Shown piece by piece: positions 58,098 to 64,000 of a stretch of 64,000 bases of DNA (position 1 is its first letter; every line of letters begins with the position of its first letter). Location of the stretch: IMG/VR virus record IMGVR_UViG_3300036399_001297, positions 1 to 64,000 of that record; one strand, given 5' to 3'. The notes beneath the pieces were generated by a model. That model did not search any database. It was given only the letters and a program-made list of their open reading frames with translations, and was not told where the DNA came from. This DNA comes from a virus. A program made the position numbers and the translations under genes.

Positions 58098-60914
58098 TTA
58101 AGCTATCCTTTCTGTTGTAGAAGATCTCCACCAATCACTTCTAAGATCAAAAATAGGATCTCTTTTTCCGGTAGTATAACCACCGTAGTCGGAAGATTGA
58201 TTATTACTTGAATTAGATACTGAAATATTATTTACTGGTGTATTGATATAAGATCCTCCATTTGAATTATCCTTTAATTCTCTCAATCCGGCTAATAATA
58301 TATTTGTAAATTCTCCTAATTGTTTATTGATGTTTTCTTCTATTATACCACCACGTTTTAGGGCATAAACATCATCATCTTGATTTAAATATGTTCTTGT
58401 ATTATTTTGAGGATTATAATAATATTTTCCTTCAGAAATATTAGAAATGTCAGAAAAAGAATTATTAGAAGAATCAAAAAAGTCATCAGCTTTCTTTTCT
58501 TCGATTTGTGCGTTTTCATCAAATTGTGCTTCTAATTGTTTTTGTTTTAATATTCTATATTCTTTAAGGTTTGAATTTGCAATATCTAAAGCTTGTTTTA
58601 ATTCTCTTTCTTGATGACCTTTTAGATTATTTGCTGGTTCCAGCATAGCATCCGATATTCTTTCGTCTCTTGATTTTTTATCCAAAAATGGAATTGAAGG
58701 CCCAATTCTATTTGACAAAACAGATTTTAATTCTTGTTCTAATTTTTCTTTTTCCGCTTGAGCGTCATCTATATTTTTTTGAATCTCATCTAAATTTTTT
58801 TGACTAAATATATTTGGTTTTTTACTACCTTTAACTTGTTCCAATCTTTGTCTAGCTTGTTTTTGGGCATCCGATACAACCTCTTGATTTAATTGTTCAG
58901 TTACACTTAATGCGTTTTCATCTATTTTTAGATCACCTGTATTATCATCATAAGTAATACCTAACCAGTTTGCTACTGATTTTCTCATACCCCCAACTTT
59001 TGGTATAAAACTACACATCCATCTAAACATACTTTTTTTCAATTCATCGTTAAATTTATCCCAAGAAAAAGATTCAGAACCATCCCCACCAAATGTTCCA
59101 GAATTAACCATAGCCTGTAATATAGCCGGAAATGGACCAAGAAAAGGTGTTTCGGTTAAATAGTCTAATGCTTCCTTCCAATTACCTTGACCTAAAGCAT
59201 AAAAACCTTTACCCCATTTAATTAATCCTCCGACCAAAGGAATTTCTTGAATAAACTCGACCATCTTACCAAGAAAATCAATTTTCATACCTTGTTTTTC
59301 TTCCATTGTTTTTGCATCACCTGTATTAAATTCTAACATACCATTTAATACATCTAACCCTAAACTTAAAAATATTCCATAACCGGGTATCAAATTAGCC
59401 AGACCAGAAACAATATTGAATCCCATGCTAACATAATCACCACTATCATAATCTTGTTTTGCAAAATAAAAGCTAAATAAACTACCGACAAAAGGAATTG
59501 CTTTTAACAGTGTTTTTGATAAGCCACCAAAGAGTTTAGCGCCGATTTTAGGAAAAAACGAAGCTAATTTACCAGCACCTTCCCCAAAAGCCTCTCCACC
59601 AACTTTTCCAAATATACTACCAATACTTTTTTCTATAATATCTCCAATGGTTTCAAAAACCTGTCCTTGCATTTTTAAACCAAAGCCAACCCCACCAACA
59701 CCACCCAAAGTAAGCCATTTTTCCATACCGTCCCATATCTTTGAAAATTTTCCTAAAATATCATCAAAAGATTTTATTTTTATTCCTAATTTATCTTCTA
59801 ACCAAGGTTTAAACATATTATCCCATAAAGGACCAATAGCAGACATTAATAATCCACCCGCTAAAAGAATACCGCCGATTTTATATAATAAATTAGACCA
59901 AAAACCTCCTTCTTCTTGAATTTTATCGGTAAGATTAGTATCACCCACTAATTCTTCTTTTTTGTCAGATATATTAAATCCTATAAAAATATCTTTGAGA
60001 TAATTTATTGTTTTTTCAGATAAAGAAACTTCTGGAATTTCGTCACCAATCTTTTTTTGTTCTGCTCCTATTTTACCAGATACATTATCATTTTTTACTA
60101 AATCCGGTAAATAATCAGCCATTACCTTATCAAATATAGAAAAATAAGTCGATGTAAAAGATTTTATACTAAACATCGAGTCATTTATTTTTTCTAGCAA
60201 TGTTTTATTTGAGGCTGTTTCTTCTATTAAGACTGTTATATTATTAGTTAATTCTTCAGAAAAATCATTTACTGTAAAATTTTTATTATCTTCTGTTAAA
60301 GTTTTATCTTCTACAGGTTCTATTTGTTTTGTTATTTCTGATGCCTTTTTATCTTCTACAGGTTCTATTTGTTTTGTTATTTCTTCTGAAATATCCTCAA
60401 CCATAGGAATACTTCTAGCTTTTAATTTAGATGTTTTTCTTTTTTGGGATAAGGGTTCTACACTTTCCTTTAAATCTTCTGAATTTAAATTATTTTCTAT
60501 ATCTGAAATCTTTTTTTGTATTTTATCATTTAGATTTGTAAAATTTATATCAGGTAAAATTTTTTTAAAATCATAATAATATAAACTTTGTCCCAATTTA
60601 TCATAAAAATTTTCCATTTTTGAAAAAAACGGATTTATGATATCGTCCAATCTTTTGTCTATATTCCTATTTTTTTTATAATTTTCTATATCAATGATAT
60701 CTGAAGATTTTTTAATATATGAATTGTTATTACTATTTTCTGATATTTTATCTTCTATTTTTTTATAAAAAGATTTATATTGATCAAAAAGTGGATTTAT
60801 AACTTCTTTTTGAAATTGATCACGAATAAGATACAATTGGTTTTCATCAAACAGTATATTAGATATATCTGTATTGTTGTTACCAAAAATATTATTAAAA
60901 TCAAAATCAGCCAT
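58098..60914 (-). CDS. putative tape measure protein
   Basis: 938 aa, helical, with Gly-rich amphipathic IPFVG/IPGYG/IPLVG repeats; late motif upstream. Confidence 0.6.
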   Translation of the reverse strand: MADFDFNNIFGNNNTDISNILFDENQLYLIRDQFQKEVINPLFDQYKSFYKKIEDKISENSNNNSYIKKSSDIIDIENYKKNRNIDKRLDDIINPFFSKMENFYDKLGQSLYYYDFKKILPDINFTNLNDKIQKKISDIENNLNSEDLKESVEPLSQKRKTSKLKARSIPMVEDISEEITKQIEPVEDKKASEITKQIEPVEDKTLTEDNKNFTVNDFSEELTNNITVLIEETASNKTLLEKINDSMFSIKSFTSTYFSIFDKVMADYLPDLVKNDNVSGKIGAEQKKIGDEIPEVSLSEKTINYLKDIFIGFNISDKKEELVGDTNLTDKIQEEGGFWSNLLYKIGGILLAGGLLMSAIGPLWDNMFKPWLEDKLGIKIKSFDDILGKFSKIWDGMEKWLTLGGVGGVGFGLKMQGQVFETIGDIIEKSIGSIFGKVGGEAFGEGAGKLASFFPKIGAKLFGGLSKTLLKAIPFVGSLFSFYFAKQDYDSGDYVSMGFNIVSGLANLIPGYGIFLSLGLDVLNGMLEFNTGDAKTMEEKQGMKIDFLGKMVEFIQEIPLVGGLIKWGKGFYALGQGNWKEALDYLTETPFLGPFPAILQAMVNSGTFGGDGSESFSWDKFNDELKKSMFRWMCSFIPKVGGMRKSVANWLGITYDDNTGDLKIDENALSVTEQLNQEVVSDAQKQARQRLEQVKGSKKPNIFSQKNLDEIQKNIDDAQAEKEKLEQELKSVLSNRIGPSIPFLDKKSRDERISDAMLEPANNLKGHQERELKQALDIANSNLKEYRILKQKQLEAQFDENAQIEEKKADDFFDSSNNSFSDISNISEGKYYYNPQNNTRTYLNQDDDVYALKRGGIIEENINKQLGEFTNILLAGLRELKDNSNGGSYINTPVNNISVSNSSNNQSSDYGGYTTGKRDPIFDLRSDWWRSSTTERIA
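60302..60384. repeat. 38-bp direct repeat (45-bp period) in the tape-measure-like gene
   Basis: ttttatcttctacaggttctatttgttttgttatttct twice, coding EITKQIEPVEDK. Confidence 0.9.
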
Positions 60915-60940
60915 TTTAAATATTTATGGCTAGAAAGTAG

Positions 60941-61720
60941 TTAACCGATAAAAAATAAAGGATCTATTTTTATTGTATATGATTCGTTTTCTTTTTGAAA
61001 AGTTAAAAAAGCATCAACGGTTTTTTTCCATTCTGACACAACATTTAAAATTTCTTGTATTAGACTAGCTGGCATTTTTTCTACCAGTCTGATTCTTTGT
61101 TTAAAGGTTAAAGGCAACATATCAATATGTTGGTCGTTAATTTTTAATTTTTTAATAGATTTTGCTAATTCTCCTATAAAAGCATTAGATATAACTTCTT
61201 GTATATCGTCGGTATTTTTAATATCTTCTGCTTTTTTATTATCCTTTAAGATTGTTTCATCATAATCTTTTTCTTCTAAAATATAACTAGGATAAATTGT
61301 TATAAATATATTATTATGAGATAATACAGTTTCTTTTGGGTGTGTATAATTCTTTTTAAATTCTGCTATTACCGGAGAAATATCAACATCAATTTTATCA
61401 TCTTTTTGTTGTATTTTGATAATATTAGATACCTTTTCACGTAATTGTAAACATATCAATATTTTATCTAATATAGTAAATTCCGAAATATCTTCAGACG
61501 AATTATTTTTAATTATTTCATATAAAGCACTGTTAAATTTTTTACTATAAATACTGCTATCCATAGAACCTGTTAAAATATCTTTTTGTTGTAATGCTGT
61601 AATTTCGTTGAATTTTACAGTTTTATTTTTTGAAGGAATCCAAACTTCAAAAGAATAACTATCAGCGATTTGGGTTAATTCTATTAGGGCTTTATTAAAA
61701 TCTAAAATATCTTCTTCCAT
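60941..61720 (-). CDS. baseplate hub assembly protein, gp26-like
   Basis: VWIPSKNKTVKFNEITALQQKDIL..FTILDKILICLQLREKV; ends DPLFF. Confidence 0.6.
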   Translation of the reverse strand: MEEDILDFNKALIELTQIADSYSFEVWIPSKNKTVKFNEITALQQKDILTGSMDSSIYSKKFNSALYEIIKNNSSEDISEFTILDKILICLQLREKVSNIIKIQQKDDKIDVDISPVIAEFKKNYTHPKETVLSHNNIFITIYPSYILEEKDYDETILKDNKKAEDIKNTDDIQEVISNAFIGELAKSIKKLKINDQHIDMLPLTFKQRIRLVEKMPASLIQEILNVVSEWKKTVDAFLTFQKENESYTIKIDPLFFIG

Positions 61721-61755
61721 ATTTATTATTTATATCTATATTATGTTAAATCAAC

Positions 61756-62613
61756 CTATTCCATAGGAAATGGATTTTTGCTTTTACTTTCTTTTTCCTG
61801 CATATAAAAATTTAAATACATTCTTCTTTCAGCGGGAGAGGTTTTCATCAAATATTCTGGATTCATATCAGACAATAAATATATTTCTCTATGGATACTC
61901 TCTATGTCGTATAAAGATAATATTTTAATTATTTCTAAATAAGAACTATTATATATGTTTATTTTAAAATTTTTAAAATATTCTATATTGAATATGTTGA
62001 TTTTATCCAAAGTATCAAATATATTTAATAAGTTTTGTTTAATTTTAAAAACTAAAGACAATGGCAATTTATTATATAACACCTCTCTTTGATCATATGA
62101 TAAATTGGAAAAATTTATATTATTTATTTTTTTAATAAACAGATAGAAAGAATTCATAATATCTGCTGTATTTTTTTTGATATTAATTATTGTATTAAAA
62201 TCTTTTAAATAAGGAAATCCTAACACTATATTATAATTTGAATCTGTTATTTTTAATAAATTTGTATCTATATTATCATATATGTTTTTTAGGATATCAT
62301 TTAGATTTAAATTTATTTTGGCTTTTACATTATTAATCTCGGTCATCAATTCCAATTTAGGACCAGTAGAAATAGTTCTACTTTTGATAATATAAAATAT
62401 AAATTCTATTAAATCTATATTTTCAAAATCTTTTTTATTTTTAATAGAAGATAGACAAACTTCTTTTAAAAAATTAAAATACTGCGAGCTATCATTAAAC
62501 GTTAAACGAGATTTTGAAAGATATAACTGATCTTTTGTTGTTATTTCTTTAAAATTTGTTTTTATATTTGAATATGGAAATTCTAAGAAATAATCGTAAT
62601 ATACATTATCCAT
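61756..62613 (-). CDS. gp26-like paralogue with gp51-like C-terminus
   Basis: FPYSNIKTNFKEITTKDQ..IDLIEFIFYIIKSRTISTG; C-terminal LMKTSPAERRMYL. Confidence 0.5.
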   Translation of the reverse strand: MDNVYYDYFLEFPYSNIKTNFKEITTKDQLYLSKSRLTFNDSSQYFNFLKEVCLSSIKNKKDFENIDLIEFIFYIIKSRTISTGPKLELMTEINNVKAKINLNLNDILKNIYDNIDTNLLKITDSNYNIVLGFPYLKDFNTIINIKKNTADIMNSFYLFIKKINNINFSNLSYDQREVLYNKLPLSLVFKIKQNLLNIFDTLDKINIFNIEYFKNFKINIYNSSYLEIIKILSLYDIESIHREIYLLSDMNPEYLMKTSPAERRMYLNFYMQEKESKSKNPFPME

Positions 62614-62621
62614 CTTTTATG

Positions 62622-63368
62622 TTATCCTCCTAACCCCTGAAGAAAGCTTAATAACCCGTTACTGTTAGATTTTTTATCTACATGATTAGCAGTATCACCT
62701 TCGGATACTGAGTATTTATCATAAACAAAGTTTACCTTTTGTACTTTTAATGCATCTGGTTGGTGACTGTATGTTTCTTGTCCTATATTTATAGGAACAA
62801 CATTTTTATAAGAAAATATTTTTCTAGGGACCATTGATGTAAATGAACCAGTTTTAGCATAGAAAAACACATCAACTTGCCCACATTTTACGTTTTTACG
62901 AGAATCGCTTCCTCTCGCAACTAAACCATAATAAGAAGCTAATATCAACCAAGGTCTTATAAAGAAATCTACAAATGATGCATTGGTTTCTAAAAAATCT
63001 ATGGTTAAATTATCATAAGAGGCTCTAGTATCACTTGTAGCTGGAGCCATAAATCCACCGTAGGAAAGACCCCTGTTTTGAGCCGCAAGCGATTCTCTTG
63101 GTGTGTTTACTTGTTTAGCAAATGCACACCCCATCATACTATCCAAAGAATACTGAAACGTTTCGCTAATTAATCTGTTACGAGTCTTATTGGAATATTT
63201 CCAATCCTGCCCATATTCCATTCTGTTTAAAGCATTTTGAAAATTCTGAGATAACAAAGGAAGACTATCGAAATGAAATAAAACAAGCCACTGTGACGGT
63301 AAAACAGGATTTCCCGCCCATGTTCCTAAAACTTCACTCAAATAATATTCATACGAGCTAGATGCCAT
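62622..63368 (-). CDS. tail tube-fold baseplate protein (gp54/gp19-like)
   Basis: AKQVNTP, LTIDFLET, YKNVVPINIG..VNFVYDKY; adjacent to the tube gene. Confidence 0.55.
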   Translation of the reverse strand: MASSSYEYYLSEVLGTWAGNPVLPSQWLVLFHFDSLPLLSQNFQNALNRMEYGQDWKYSNKTRNRLISETFQYSLDSMMGCAFAKQVNTPRESLAAQNRGLSYGGFMAPATSDTRASYDNLTIDFLETNASFVDFFIRPWLILASYYGLVARGSDSRKNVKCGQVDVFFYAKTGSFTSMVPRKIFSYKNVVPINIGQETYSHQPDALKVQKVNFVYDKYSVSEGDTANHVDKKSNSNGLLSFLQGLGG

Positions 63369-63397
63369 ATAAATATTTATACGAAACAGCTAATTTA

Positions 63398-63973
63398 TTA
63401 TCTGGATATTCTCCAATATTGATACGCTAAATTAACTTGTTGTGTAACAATTTCTCCGGATTGTGTTATATCTAAATTTATGGCTCCTAATGATCGGCAA
63501 TATGCTCCATAAAGAGTATAAGTTCTTCCTTGAAGTACTCCGCCGTTTTTGTCCACAAGACTCATTACAATTTGATTATCGGCTGATTTATTTGGAATAT
63601 TATAAGCACCGGAAGAGGTTTGATCGTTGAATACTAAATGAGTCCAATCTTCAAATTTTCTTCTGATGGAATAATTTTGAGGCATTCTAAACGTAACTTG
63701 CCAATTGTCAGATCCAGTATATTTGGCCGTACCGGGAACATTGAATTGTAATCCCATAAAAGGAGTCGGAATATTTGTGATTTCACGACCGGGTAATGTG
63801 GTTGTGGTTACATACAACAATTCATCTTGAGAAAATTTAGTTCCCCCTAAATTTACAATACGAAATAGATTCGTACGCGCAAAATCATTAGTGGAAATAG
63901 TGTCATAAAAATTCTCAATACCTAATGTAGTAAAGAGTCCTGTTGCTATGTTATTTAAAGTTTCGTTTGCCAT
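63398..63973 (-). CDS. 19: tail tube protein gp19
   Basis: ARTNLFRI, TTLPG..PFMG..VPG, WQVTF, IRRKFEDW, YTLYGAY, VNLAYQYW. Confidence 0.85.
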   Translation of the reverse strand: MANETLNNIATGLFTTLGIENFYDTISTNDFARTNLFRIVNLGGTKFSQDELLYVTTTTLPGREITNIPTPFMGLQFNVPGTAKYTGSDNWQVTFRMPQNYSIRRKFEDWTHLVFNDQTSSGAYNIPNKSADNQIVMSLVDKNGGVLQGRTYTLYGAYCRSLGAINLDITQSGEIVTQQVNLAYQYWRISR

Positions 63974-63978
63974 ATAAA

Positions 63979-63984
63979 TATTTA
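63979..63984 (-). promoter_or_regulatory. gp55-type late promoter TAARTA (representative site)
   Basis: TAAATA 5 nt upstream of the tube ATG; the same motif precedes at least a dozen other late genes. Confidence 0.75.
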
Positions 63985-64000
63985 TCTTTTTATCCGATTA

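Noticed and set aside
1-64000. Stop-codon reassignment (alternative genetic code)
   Set aside because: Code 11 gives dense full-length genes, and TAA, TAG and TGA all end conserved proteins at the expected places.
1-64000. Eukaryotic giant virus or cellular origin, suggested by GT7, mucin-like and Cys-rich proteins
   Set aside because: gp55, gp32, UvsW/X/Y, gp17 and contractile-tail genes, plus sigma70 promoters and a holin/endolysin pair, indicate a T4-like bacteriophage.
1-64000. tRNA, rRNA, integrase, or a reverse transcriptase/diversity-generating retroelement
   Set aside because: No cloverleaf-like GC-rich intergenic segment, RT motifs or template/variable repeat pair was seen by eye. 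tRNAscan-SE and Infernal would be needed to exclude small RNAs.

Overview
The window is 64 kb of a very AT-rich, gene-dense T4-superfamily (myovirus-like) bacteriophage genome that uses the standard genetic code. The replication and recombination core is recognisable: gp43 polB, gp41, gp61, gp32, gp45, gp62-like, gp46/47, UvsW/X/Y, gp55, a DinG-family helicase and an Hjc-like resolvase. Tail, baseplate and packaging genes (gp15, gp3, gp5, gp19, gp53, gp17 and others), a holin/endolysin pair and an 11-kb glycosyltransferase island with mucin-like proteins between genes 47 and 46 are also present. Four observations stand out. (1) Two essential genes, uvsX and the terminase, are each broken by a free-standing homing endonuclease and appear to be rejoined by split inteins. 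The terminase needs both a class-3 cis intein and an atypically split intein ending in Gln. (2) A non-coding element beside uvsY has two tandem sigma70-type promoters, each firing straight into a G-tract plus TTTT. This resembles the mitochondrial CSB II R-loop/G-quadruplex primer signal and is a candidate replication origin. (3) Both promoter classes sit only a few nt from start codons, implying near-leaderless mRNAs. (4) A dispersed family of late proteins shares a putative capsid-targeting N-terminus. All product calls come from motif recognition by eye; no searches were run.
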